Shown here: positions 25,255-38,370 of the stretch, piece by piece
How the letters are laid out: each line of letters begins with the position of its first letter
Numbering within the stretch: position 1 is the stretch's first letter
Source: Octopus sinensis
Taxonomy: Eukaryota
NCBI RefSeq assembly: GCF_006345805.1
Contig: NC_043004.1
Span: forward strand, 12,524,001 to 12,588,000
Direction of reading: 5' to 3'
Length of the DNA stretch: 64,000 bases
The notes under the pieces: generated by a model
The model's input: only the letters and a program-made list of their open reading frames with translations
Databases searched by the model: none
Told to the model about the DNA's origin: nothing
Program-made: the position numbers and the translations under genes

Positions 25255-26915
25255 CTTTTAGAGGGATTATGCTATTATCGACTCCCGGAAAAGTTTTTAA
25301 CAGGATACTTTTAGATCGGATGAGGACAGCAGGTGTCAAATTGTTGCGTAAAGAACAAGCCGTATTTAGGAAGAACCGTTCATGTGTAGATCAAATCGCC
25401 ACTCTTCGAATCATCTTAGAGCAAAGCGCAGAGTGGAATGCACCGCTTTATATTAACTTTATAGATTTCGAAAAAGCATTCGATAGTGTAGATAGCGAAG
25501 GCTTATGGAAAATTATGCAGCACTAATGCATACTAGACAAGTACATACCTATAATAAGAGCAACTTACCAAGGAATGCCATGCTGAGTCTTGCATTGAAA
25601 CGGAGCTACGGATAAATTCGAAGTAAAAACAGGAGTTCGACAGGGCTGTATACTTTCTCCCTTTTTGTTTCTACTAGTTATAGATTGGATTATGAAGGAA
25701 ACTACGAATGAAAGCCAAACAGGCATTGAACGGACGGATGCAGAAGCTCTAGAAGATCTCGATTTTGCAGATGATATAGTGCTACTTTCACAAACATATA
25801 GCCAAATGCAAAATAAACCGTCAAAATTAGAAGCAATAGCTGCCAAACTAGGATTGAAAGTCAACGGCGACAAATCAAAAATTATGCGCGTTAATAAAGA
25901 AAACAGCGAACGTATTAAACTAGAAACCGGTGAACTAGAGGATGTAGCCGAGTTTACGTATTTATGTAGTAAGATAACGTTTTCAGGCGGCACCGACGAA
26001 GATATTAAGACGAGAATAAGTACCGCTTTTCACCTGTTAAAAAAGTATGGGGCACAAGTGTAATTTCAATAAAGAACACAATAAGAATGTTTAATACTAA
26101 CGTAAAAGCGGTGTTATTATATGGGGCTGAGACATGGCGAACAACAGTTAAGTAAAATAAGCAAATACAATAATTCATCAACAGATGCTTGAGTAGTAAT
26201 ACTTAAAATTAGATGGCCCGAACACATAAGCAATATGGAGCTATGGCAAAGAACTGAGGACGCTCGACCTTTATTCTCTTGAAAAACGCCGCCGCCGTGG
26301 TGATCTCATTCTCGCCCATAACATCATAAGCGGAAAGTTGTAACCTCTCGAAAGAGCTGTTCTTCACTCCTGCTCCAGAGCGTCGGCTGCGGGGTCATTC
26401 CGAAAAGCTCTACCTGCGACGATTTCATCTCAATCGAAGGAGAGGAGCTTTCTCCGTCCGGGTTGCGGATCCGTGGAACAAGCTGCCAGACGAGATGGTG
26501 AAGATGCCGACGACCGCTTTGTTCAAAGCCTCCCTGGACCTCAAGTGGCCTGAACTCTTTACATGAACACCACCCTGTACTTAACTCCATGTCCCCCTAC
26601 ATGGCCTTGCTATTTGCTTTTGAGCCAAATTAACTAACTAACTAACTAAGTTTCGATTAGGGAGCAAATATTTAAGTAAAAATGGAAGTGGATTGGTAGC
26701 ACAATTAGAAAAGACACACCAAATGTGTGAAAAGTGCTTTACAGTGGAATCCGGATGGATATAGAAAGAAAGGTAGGCCTAAGAACTCTTGGCGTAGATC
26801 AACACAAAAGGAATTAGAGAAAAGGGGATATTCATGGCAGAGTATAAGTACAGAAAAATTATGCGACATGGAAGTGGCCTTTACTCCGCGTTGGAGGGTT
26901 AAAAGCAGGAAATAA
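25255..26915 (+). mobile_element. 5'-truncated, decayed RTE-clade LINE (RT domain to C-terminus)
   Basis: GIMLLSTPGKVFNRIL, FIDFEKAFDSV, GVRQGCILSP, DFADDIVLL, FTYL, LLYGAETW, WNPDGYRKKGRPKNSW motifs, with stops and frameshifts. Confidence 0.9.
26257..26650 (+). mobile_element. CR1-clade LINE 3' end nested in the RTE
   Basis: LEKRRRRGDLI...RLRGHSEKL...FSVRVADPWNKLP motif, 3' UTR and (CTAA)n tail; the RTE sequence resumes after it. Confidence 0.85.
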
Positions 26916-28560
26916 AAAGTTAGTGCCACTGTCTTGATCTTTGCAGTTTTCACAGCAGAATTACATTATATATACAAGAAAATGGTCCGGGCAATTGGCA
27001 GCAAAATCATCAGAAAGTCGATATTATACTATTACCAGTGTTGCAAGCTGGCAGAAACGTTGGAGTGTCCGACAAACGGCTTAACAGTATTACTTCTACC
27101 TCTTTACGTCCAAAGCTCAAAATTTCGCCGAAGTCGACTTGGCCTTCCATCCTTTCGAGAATATTAAATTAAGTATCATTTGAGCACTGGGATGTCGATG
27201 TAATCGTCTGAAACTCTACCTCTTAAAAATTGCTGTTTCTATACCAAAATATGAAACTGTTATATATCATTATCTGCGTGATGTGACAAAAACATGAATG
27301 ATTAATTGAAAATACGTCGGTAAAATAAATGCTGGAAAGATAACGGTACTAAAGAATTTAGACATCGAGTTTCCTTTAAGGCAGGAAACAGTTTCTTTGG
27401 GCTGCAGACCAGAGCTTATTGTCTTATAGCAGAACACAATGTTGTGCTGTGCCCAAATGACAATATATCTCAACGAGTTTAATATTGTGGAAGCTGAAAT
27501 AAATTCCAGCATATTATGACAGCTTCGTTTGCAATCCCTTCGGGTTAATTGGATCCAAGATAAAACGAAACTCTGAGCTAACATCTCAAATTATATATAA
27601 TTAACAATCTCTTTAATATTACGAAATTAAAAAAGAAAACATGGCTTCATTAGCTCTCCTCCTCTCTCTCTCTCTCTCACACACACATACGTACACATAC
27701 ACATACTCACGAGCTAAGCGATAATCTATGAATACAGAAGCAGCGTCGTAGTCGAAATATGTTGCTTGAATCACATCAAAACGAAGAAATGAATCGTGGC
27801 TTCCTATTGAGATTTATGTTTTAATTTTATTTCAATCATTGTATTCTCTGTATTTTCTACAACATTAGATGTAAACGTATCTTAAACATAAGTTTCCGCT
27901 AGTTATCGACTGCATTTATCTCTGTTAGAGTCATCTGGTAATATATTATTAAGAATAACATTAAGTAATAATAAATGAGGTTTGGTGAGTTAATACGATA
28001 TTTATAACATTCTGTAAAACTGTGATGAATTTATGTTCGGATTGTCTTTACATGCTTATGTAGATGTAGAAAGAGACGTGGTGGTTGTGGTGGTCGTGGT
28101 GTGGGTGTTAGTGTTGGTGTTGTTGATGGTGATAGTGGTGGGTGTCGTCGTCGCCGTGGTGATGTGTATGTGTGTATTAAAGGGTGAGGAGGGTGGAAAC
28201 TGTTGCCGATTTTATGATGTATGATGAAGATTGCGTCTTAAACAAGAACTGATTGTTTCTCATTCGAGTGAAGCATACAAACACACTCGTATACACGCCT
28301 TCCATACACATACAACACAGACACACGCACATATATATATATATATATATATATACAAACGCCCGTACACACACACATATATATATACACACACATATAC
28401 TTGCAGTCGCATACGCATATAATTACAGAAGTTCACAAACGTGCACACAGACACACGGAACAAGCTCATGGCCAAACATACATACACAAACACCTACATA
28501 CATTCTATCTATCTCTCTATCGATCGATCGATCTGACTATCTATCCATCGATCGATCGAA

Positions 28561-28625
<65 letters not shown>

Positions 28626-28628
<3 letters not shown>

Positions 28629-29613
28629 TCGGGCCAGGGCCCATGGACAACTTCCAGAGATCCCTGGCCTGGCAGTGCTACCGAGAAGCGCTACCCGTTC
28701 GGGATAAGCTCTACAGACACGGCTCGAGAAACACGGGGCCGACCTGCCCGAGATGCGGTCAGAGCGACGAAACCGTTCTGCACGCACTCGTATAGTGTCC
28801 AACAATTTCCGACCTGTGGGCTTATGTCGAACAACTGCTGTCACGTGTGGGACGAGTCGGTTTATTAGCTGAGTCTATCGTCAATATTGTCACGCCTCCT
28901 TCCTTCAAACGGGAAGGAAGAGCTATTTTCATCATCCTTGTGGCTATGGCGAAAGAATGTATCTGGTGGACGCGTCTGAAAGGATTGGAGACAAACACTT
29001 TCCTCTCTGGTCAATCACTCATCAACTTCTTCAAGTACCACTTGAAAAGGAAAGTGAGAGTAGAGAGGCAAGTTTTGTCTAGCGAATGTTTTAAAAAAAG
29101 ATGGGTGAATGTAGCAAGGATAGCACGTATGAATGACGAAGCCACCTTGAGCATAATCCTATGAACCCAGAAATTGAAAACAGGGTTACCCACTTGCAAA
29201 CAAATGTGGTAACATATAACAATATTGACCAAGGTTACCGTGGTCTTTTTCGTAGGCTTTTCTTCCCACGGATAAACATTACTTGCTTTCCCCTTTACAC
29301 CATATATCATAACACTGTGATACACGATCCCTATTGATCGTTTTTTTTCCTCTTCCCCCTTTTTCCCCCTTTTTTCTTCTTTTTTTCATTTCTCTTTTCT
29401 TTTGTTCCTTTTCCTTTTCTTTATTTTCTTTATTTTTTTTAATTAATTTTTTTTTGTTCTTTTCTTCCCTTTTACGATCCCTCTTGATCGAAAACCTACG
29501 CCACCCCTTTTCTTTGTTTCTTTTGTTTTTTGTCTTTTTCATCCCCCAAAAGAAAAGCTATACCTTGTAACTTGTCCCATCTGTGTGCAGCCCTGTGTGG
29601 CCAATAAAGAAAC

Positions 29614-29615
<2 letters not shown>
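28626..29615 (+). mobile_element. Tx1/L1-like LINE 3' end in a (TATC)n tract
   Basis: zf-RVT-like CPRCGQSDETVLHALV, C-terminal AKECIWWTR...RWV, T-rich 3' UTR with AATAAA; (CTAT)n on both sides. Confidence 0.85.
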
Positions 29616-29645
<30 letters not shown>

Positions 29646-30044
29646 TTATTTATTTATCTATCTATCTATCACTCTGTGAGCATCTGTGTGTCTATTTGAC
29701 TCTGTGTGGGTCTGTTTGTGTTTGTGTGTGCGTGTATGTAAATATATATGCACATACATATATACATACATACCCAAGCATACACAGAGGAATATGTACA
29801 AATAAAAATAGACACACATCTACATGCATGCACACAGAATACACCATACACACGCACACATACATACATTCACATATACATGCATTTTGACATTTCCTTC
29901 AAACTATCCGACATTAAAATACAGAAAACGTTGAAAAGTTTTGTCATCGAAGTATTTCTCGGGAACAATCTTGACTGTCGCTGGAGAAGATAAATTTCAA
30001 ATAGATAATGGAAATTTTCTTATGAATAAAACAGCCGAACGCTG

Positions 30045-30790
30045 TGGATTTTAAAAAAACGTCTTAACAATCATTTTTCCTCTTTTAGACTAAAACAAAG
30101 GCAGGTTGCACTACATTATCTAGCAAAATTTGGGAACTAAAAACAAATAATATAGGATTCAACCTAAAATGGGATATAGTTAGAAGGGCAAAACCTTATA
30201 GAAATAGTAGGGAAGGTTGTCAACTTTGTTCTGTGGAAACTTATGAAATTTTAAAGCATCGAAGTAATAAAAATCTGTTGAATAATCGTCTGGAGTTGGG
30301 ATAATCTTGCATACATTCCACAACTCGAACGTTTAAATACTTTAAATAAAAATTATGAATATTCCTATATTTTTCAAATTTTAACTTTTTATTATAATAA
30401 TAATAAGAAATATACTATACTAGCCTTTAAATTAACTTTCATAGATTACTAGAATAACTTCACTATAATCTTGAAATTGGAACTTTTCCTAAATCTAATT
30501 TAGTTTTAAAATTTAAAGCTGTTCCCCAGTTATAAAATACTATGCCTACTAAAAATAAGTGATAGTTTCTTTTGGGTTTTTTCCCTACTCTCTGTAAAAG
30601 AAATTAATGACCTTTTGACACTGACCTAGTTTCTTCTCACCACATAGGATTAATTGGCTTTTTGTTAGTGACAACTTGAATTTCTTTATGGTATTCCGAA
30701 ACCTTCCTTACCCTCATTTCTACAACCAACTTGAATTCCTTTTATGGTATTCTGAAGCCTCCCTTACCCTCATTCCTAAAACTAAAAAAA
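30045..30790 (+). mobile_element. Penelope-like element 3' fragment (GIY-YIG C-terminal half plus 3' UTR)
   Basis: NNHFSSFRLK...TTLSSKIWELK...KWDIVRRAKPY...CQLC; near-identical inverted copy at 37485-38225. Confidence 0.85.
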
Positions 30791-31250
30791 AAAAAAAATA
30801 TATATGTATTTGTGTGTGTGTGTGTGTGTGTTTAATCATATCAAAGGGAAATGGAATTTAATTAAAATTAAAAACATTCAATTAAAATTTACATCTCCAG
30901 TGGTCTAACGCGTAAAAAAATTTTAGTCAAAAAGACTATATATTAGTCATACGATATAGTGTATATTTAAACACATAGAGAATCCACTTATAGGGATTCT
31001 AACGCATTAGAAAGAACAGCTAAGTTCTATGACCACAAAAAAAATTCGGGACAAAATTCGACAGGAATAAATTTGGAAATGAAAAACATTTACCATCTAG
31101 TTTCCTGGACCAATTGGTTCCTAATCATCCTTAGCAAGTCATATATGTATGTATTTATGCATATATATATATATATATTATATACATAATATATTTATAT
31201 ATATATATATATTATATATATAGTATATATACTTTATATATATTATTATA

Positions 31251-34200
31251 CTAGCAGCATAGCCCGCGTTGCCCGGGTATATAAGAGCCCCTAGTAGGCA
31301 ACGACTAATCCCAATGTAGTCCTTTCCCTCCAGGGAACGAAGGTGCATGTGGACGTTGCAATGTCTTGTCTTCACTGGAATACTTCTGTATATACGATGT
31401 TCCTAGCTGTCCGTTTGGGCGAAAACATGAAAACATCATTGCGCCTCCCAACGCGTGAACAGCCCACGTAGAGTTGACCGTGGGCGAAGCACTGTTCGCC
31501 CAAATGTAACCCAGCGACTTGTAGCGTTTGGCCTTGGGATTTATTGATCGACTTGCGAAGCAGAGTTTAACAGGAAACTGAGAACGCCTGAAGTGGATTG
31601 GTAGGTCAGCGCCCGACGGTTGAAGGTGCATCCGTGGAATGAAGACGTCCTCTCCCTTCCCACAACCGGTAAGTATTGTGGCCGTTATTAAATGTGTGCC
31701 AAATGTTTCACAACCAAACGTGTGCCGTTGCACTGTTTAGGTGGAACCAAATTCCTGATGAGCATAATGGGCGCACCGACTTTTAACTTCAGGATGTGTG
31801 GTGGCAGGCCTGGCGGTTCAAGTGAATTCAGGAATTCAACAGGATAATCGGCAAGCTGGGCGGGGTCTGCTGTCCTATCTATAGATTTGTAGACGTGGAC
31901 ATCACCAGGAATAGCTTCAAGTAGCTGGATATTGATGGAGTTGACGGTTGTATTTTTGGGTGCGAGAATAGCTCTGCCTGCCAGCCATTTTAGGTCGCGT
32001 AAATTGTTTTGTAGGTCGTGGAAGACAGCGTCCCGGAGGCTAGCAGGGGTGTCGACAATGGTGCAAAGTGAGTCCAATTGAACGTAGCCATCCGCATCAG
32101 ACAGCATCCTATTTTCACCGAGCGATAAGAGGTCCCTGGAGAATGCAGCGGATCCGCTGTCACCAATTAACTGCGCGCGCGCATGTTAGTTTGGAGGTGC
32201 AAGGGCCGCACATGTGCCCAAAGAGCTGACGACTTAAGGCACGCGCGCACGGCATCGGCACGGGTTCCTTTTGGAATAACAGGTAGAGTCTGCCTGAAGT
32301 CTCCTGAAAGAAGTAAAGTTAATCCTCCCATGGGGGCCGTAGAGTCTCTGATGTCTTGCAGGGACCTGTCCAGTGCCTCAAGGGCGCCTTTGTGTGCCAT
32401 AGTGCACTCGTCCCATACGATGAGTTTGCATCTGCGAAGAATGTCGGCCTGTTCTGAGTTCTTGGCGATGTTGCAGATACGTGACTCGGACTTTGCCAGA
32501 TCGAGCGGGAGTCTGAAGGCAGAGTGGGCGGTTCTGCCACCCGGAAGCAACGTGGCCGCGATACCAGAGGAAGCTACAGCCAGGGCAATGTCCGTGTTGC
32601 GTCTGACCTCTGCCAGAATTAGTTTAGTGACGAAGGTTTTGCCAGTGCCGCCGGGTGCATCAAGGAAGAAAATCCCCCCACGTTGCTGTCTGACAGAGTC
32701 TACGATGGTGTTGTAGGCTATGCGCTGGTCTGGAAGCAGCCGTGGTTCATTATCTTGGACGTACTGGTGCAGTTCCTCAATGCAGTAGGAAGTTTCGCGT
32801 AACAATTCAGCAGACATAACATTGGCGTGTTCACGTGTGGGTGGTGGAAGGCCGTACTCTGTTAAAGCAGACCCACCCTATCGATGACAGCGTCTTCGAG
32901 TTGAATGAGCGCAAAATTGTAAATGAAGTTGGTGAACGTGATCTCGGCGGAAGGGCAGTGTTGCTGAGCCGTACGTAAGAAGTCGTGCGACATGTCATCC
33001 CTGTATTTCATCCAGAGACTTAGTGGATGACTAAGCTGACATTTTTGAAGAAGGATTGCGAAAAGATGTCGTAGGGCCGAATGCGTTTGCAGTAAAGCAC
33101 CCTCTGCCATCGTGGCGTCCCACTGGGAGTCATCCTCTAGAAGGCCAAGTCTCATACATGCTTCCCTGAAGGTGTCGCACAGAACCCCATTGACGGTACG
33201 TATATTGGCGAAACCTGTTGACCAGTGACCTCATGTAGAAGGAGACGGAGGTAGAAGCATTCTTGCTGGTTTGGCGGGATGTTGTAAACTCGACCCAGGC
33301 AGGAGTCAAACTTGACGCCTGGGAAGCTTTCGACGTTTTTGCCGGATTTCCGTCGAATCCAGGTGTTTTTAGACCACACGAAGTACGATGGGACCTGTGG
33401 GTACAAAAGCGTTCGAGCGAAGTCATCACGTTGGCATAATTTGAAGAAACCAGTCAACGTTGTGTCTTTAGGGCTGGTGGCTATCTGCACAGCACTTTGC
33501 TCTGCCTTTGTTGATATATTTGCAGACATATTGTATTGACCTGATGGAGCTGCAGAACTCAACGTTGACGTGGGCTTTGAATATCTTCGACAGGAGAGGA
33601 CAGTAGGGGACAATGTAGCTGTTGTCCACTTGATGTCGCCCAACCGTAATCGTGCGGCCTCCATTGGCTGGACTCCTTCGTTTGTACAGCGGATACCCAT
33701 CGCCGCCTGTTTTAGTCTCCAAAGTGAACCGTTTAGGGAATCCCTTTGAGCAGGCTAATCCGTTTTTGTAGCATGGTGTGTTGGCGTAATTTGGTCCACA
33801 GGGCCCGTGTACCATGGTAGTGCGGACAATTTCGTAGAGTCCGGGGTCCTCATCGGGGTCAGGAATCTCGGCGGAAATGAATTTGTCAATGTCATTAGTC
33901 TCGATTTTATGAGTGAGCCAAAATTAAGATGTGAGCATGTGGCAAGCCCCTCTTTTGCCACTCGACCGAAAACATGTGGCACCTGACATGCCCGAAAATC
34001 TGACCCTTAACTATCAAATCCTTCATTTTGCCCAAATTCAGACGGAAAACCCTAGCAACGATGTCGTGTCGATGGGTGTGAGATTGACCCGGGAGGATTT
34101 CGCGAGTGATTTCGTCGCAGCTGGGATTGCACGTGTAGGTGATAAAGAGGTCCGGCCGGCCGTAAATGCGCACGTAGGTCAAGGCGTCTTGGGTCCTTTC

Positions 34201-37200
34201 ACGCATATATCGCGGTCCTCCCGTGAAGGTGGAGGGTAGAATGCATGGCTTGCCGATGTTGCGAGGGTCATTTTCTTGTTGCAAACCGTCACGGAGATGA
34301 AGTAGGAGTCGGAGCGAAGTTTGGTCTGATTAAGTTTAATGTATAGCAGCCTTTCCGATTCCATTTTTGCGGCCATGTCGACGGCGAACTGGTTGAATAG
34401 CTGACGACAACGGGGCAATAAGTTGAACTCACCCTCCCTGACCATGAACCGGTATGAGTAGAACGCCCTGCAGGAAACCGTCTTTGATGCCGCAGTAGTT
34501 TGATTGGAGGGCTGCCGTAAAGGAATTCCGAAGTGGTAGCCGTCTTCCCCATAAGGGAAAAGCAATGGATACTGAAGCGCGTCATAAGATCTGTGAGTCT
34601 CGCTGATCCTGTGTAGGTTGTTACCACGGGAGGAGATGATTATGTCACGGCTGTTGTGTTGCTCTCCGTGTATAACTGCGGCAATTTCGTTGCACGCAGG
34701 TGCGTTGAAACGGCGTTCGTGCTCCCCGTGGGGTCGTTTATCAGCATCAATGACAACGGTGAAGTTTGGAGAAGGAGCACTGTCCAAGGCATATCTGAAG
34801 CTGCAGACGTAGCTGTTGATATCATGAAGCATGGTTTGGAGACGGAGAAGAATGTCTTTGCGGGGAACATAGCTTGTACCCGGTATTATTCCAAGGCGTG
34901 CATCAACCTGGTGGTTGTAGTCGGCAATGAAGTATATTTGGAGGAAAGAAGACTGCTGAATCTCGTCTGGCAGAAGTGACCCAATAAGATGGTAGACCTG
35001 TCCCTGCACTTTGAAAGTAGGCATCCAGCCTTCTCTGGGAGGAATTTTGGCCCCGAAAGAGGTCATTTGGAATGAGCAGTTGTACTTTCGAATTATTTCA
35101 AGGAATTGTGACGAATCGGGGGTTAAACCCGCCGCGAGATCCTTCAGTGGTTGAGGTGGTTCCCGTAGGGGTGGCAGGTCCACTTTGCCACCAGAGCAGC
35201 ACAAACCAGGTGGCTCTCCGGGCCATTTCTTGGCTTTGCAAAACTGGCATACAATTGTCATTGACCCTATCTTGATGTCGTCACGCAAGGAGAAGTTAAT
35301 TGTGGCGTCGTAGTTGAATGCTAGTGACAACCAGAAAGCGGGGGCAGGGGTACGTACACCACGAATGATATCCCGACGTTTGTTGATACTCTCTCAAGTC
35401 GAGTGCACCGTGCCTCAGCAGATTCAGATGCACGTGCGACAGCGGTAGCAGTGGCATCCCTTGAAAGCCTTTCAGCTCTCTCGCCTCAGCACCCTCTGAA
35501 GCCCTAGCAGAAGCAGTGTTAATGGCATGTCTGGATGTCCGAATAGTCCGTTGGTGTGGAGTTTCGGCAGATCGAGCCCTGGCTGTGTTTGCGGCGTTAG
35601 CAGCTTGGCGAGCTCTCCTCTGTTGAGGTGTTTCGGCAGTTTTGGCCATGGCTTTGTTTGCGGCGTCAGCATCTTGGCGAGTTCTCCTCTGCTGTGAGGT
35701 TTCGACAGATCGTGTCCTGGCAGTGCTAGTGGCGTTAGCCGCATTCCGAATGGCCCTTTGTTCGGGGTTCTCGCGAGCTCTGCGGATGGAAGCACAGTAA
35801 GAAGCCCGCATGTTTTGGCTGGACTGTTGCTCTTTCGTCAACCTCGAGCGGAGGGAAGATCTGTACGCTGCGACCCTTGCAAGTCGGGTAGAACGGTCGC
35901 TAGTAGTTTCAGATGCCTGAGCAGCGGCATAACGGGAAGCTGTTTGCGAGAGGCGCAAGGCGGTTTCCTCGTGGGTCTCGCGTGCCCTTCTAGCCCTAGC
36001 AGCCGATGCCTTGGCCGTCCGAGGGTTGAGGAGGGTCCTTCTCTCTTCTTGGGTGGCATTTTGGTGGATAGCAATGTGTTTGGCAAAGGTGTAATAAAAA
36101 GGAACACGTGGGGTAAGTATTTTGGTGGATAGCAATGTGTTTGGTAAAGGTGTAATAAAAAGGAGCTCGTGGGGTAAGTATCCGAAAATGTATAAAAATG
36201 TACAAAAACGGCCAAAAAGCTGGCAGCAATGTGAGTGACAACAACGAAAAAGTCAAAAGTGATCAAACTGAACAAACGAAAGGAAATTTTTTGATGCACA
36301 CGACAAAAGTGGTTTATAATAAACCAAGAGTTTGCAAGTAGCGTCCGAGGACCGTTAGGGTACGTCAAAAATTGAAGGTAAAACGTTTGGGGTGGTAGTT
36401 ATAAAGAAAGTTTAAACCCAAAAAGTATTCGAATAACTTGCGGCTGCAGCAGCTATTAGCAGAAGTGGCGGTGTTGGGGGTAAAGTCTCGAATGTAATTT
36501 CTTCCTGGTAGGAATTGGTTGGATCGAATTATCGATAGCTAAAAAGGTCAAGTTGCGTCCCCTAGACAGTCTGGTTTGTGTTTAATACACAAATTTGTTT
36601 GCTATGTGTGCCACATATGATTAAATAACCGATTTTTTCCAATAATGTATCCTATTGGAATAAAAAGGGCTATATAGCTCCTTGGAGCAGACATGATGCT
36701 CGTTGTGAAAAAAAAAAAAGATTCCTGCCAATTTGTGAAAGATATTGTCGAAAATATGTCATCTTGATTTGAACGCGATTTCCCAAAATGGCATGATTTT
36801 ATCGATTGTTTCTGATGGTAAGGTATTGCATGGAAAACTAACGTCAGAATTGAGTTTCTTAGGGTAACATTAAGCTTCACCATGAGTTTGGTGAAAATCG
36901 ATTGCAAGTTGTGAAAACTACCATAGATAATGCGTTGCATAAAAAAGGTTAGATTCTCGAGTTGCGTCCCCTAGACAGTCTGTGGTTCATGTTTATGATT
37001 CTCGACCCCATGTCGAATTTATCAATTTTTTTCAGAACTGGGGGAACTTTTCAAAATTTTCGCTTCGTTAGTTTTGAATTATGACATTGGGCTATGTGTG
37101 TGTCAAGTTTCATCAGAATCGGTTGAAAGCCGTGGTCAGGGTGAGGGTACGAGAAAACAGACACACAGAAGCACGCACAGACAAACTGCCGTTTATATAT

Positions 37201-37207
37201 AGAGAGA
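31251..37207 (-). mobile_element. Autonomous-type Helitron, full length with intact termini
   Basis: 5' A|TCTCTCTATATATAAACGGCAG; 3' hairpin CCCGGGCAACGCGGG then CTATGCTGCTAG|T; RepHel coding remnants inside. Confidence 0.95.
31372..36059 (-). pseudogene. Helitron Rep-helicase (RepHel), split by multiple frameshifts
   Basis: Start MPPKKR; CxxC and LCCSGGKV; Rep motifs PDLFITYTCNP, VEWQKRGLPHAHIL, YVCKYINKG; PIF1 motifs DAPGGTGKT, IVWDECTM, GDFRQTLPV, CNGTRL, QFPVKLCFA, HGQLYV. Confidence 0.92.
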
Positions 37208-37243
37208 TGAAATCAAAAATAAGCAACAAGAATGACTCCGGTG

Positions 37244-37333
37244 ATTTGGTACAATTGTTTCGCACTACAACATTTTATTAAGAGCTGTAAGTATTACAGC
37301 AGATTTAAGATGCTGAGTGCTCTTCAGCCAATT
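37244..37333 (-). ncRNA. Type I minimal hammerhead ribozyme (element-sense copy)
   Basis: AATTGG-CTGAAGA-GCAC..GTGC-GAAAC-AATT-GTA-CCAAAT on the - strand. Confidence 0.8.
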
Positions 37334-38370
37334 ATATAGGTTTTCCAATAATATAAAAGATTTCTAATCAAGTAGTAACATTTTAGATAAAGATGTAGAT
37401 TTAAATTTTAAGAACATATGAGGTTGTGGAGTTCAGTTGCTAACTGACCAAAACTCTGGTTGTATCTGACTGCTATAAGAATTTTTTTTTTTAGTATTAG
37501 GAATGAGGGTAAGGGAGGCTTCAGAATACCATAAAAGGAATTCAAGTTGGTTATAGAAATGAGGGTAAGGAAGGTTTCAGAATACCATAAAGAAATTCAA
37601 GTTGCCACTAACAAAAAGCCAATTAATCCTATGTGGTGAGAAGAAACTAGGTCAGTGTCAAAAGGTCATTAATTTCTTTTACAGAGAGTAGGGGAAAAAA
37701 CCCTCAAAAAACTATCACTTATTTTTAGTAGGCATGGTATTTTATAACTGGGGAACAGCTTTAAATTTTAAAACTAGATTAGATTTAGGAAAAGTTCCAA
37801 TTTCAAGATTATAGTGAAGTTATTCTAGTAATCTATGAAAGTTAATTTAAAGGCTAGTATAGTATATTTCTTATTATTATTATAATAAAAAGTTAAATTT
37901 TGAAAAATATAGGAATATTCATAATTTTTATTCAAAGTATTTAAACGTTCGAGTTGTGGAATGTATGCAAGATTATCCCAACTCCAGACGATTATTCAAC
38001 AGATTTTTATTACTTCGATGCTTTAAAATTTCATAAGTTTCCACAGAACAAAGTTGACAACCTTCCCTACTATTTCTATAAGGTTTTGTCCTTCTAACTA
38101 TATCCCATTTTAGGTTGAATCCTATATTATTTGTTTTTAGTTCCCAAATTTTGCTAGATAATGTAGTGCAACCTGCCTTATGTTTTAGTCTAAAAGAGGA
38201 AAAATGATTGTTAAGTCGTATTTTAAAATCCACCGAACATCCGAGATAAAGAAAGCTATTGTTAGAAGTTATTATCGTGCATTTATAAATAACGTTTTGG
38301 ACAGAACAACCTTCTCTCTAAAATGTTACTACTTGATTTGAAATCTTTTATATTATTGGAAAACCTATAT

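Noticed and set aside
32183-35812. + strand ORFs overlapping the Helitron (for example 32183-32716, 33931-34239, 35758-36132)
   Set aside because: Antisense shadows of the GC-richer RepHel coding sequence.
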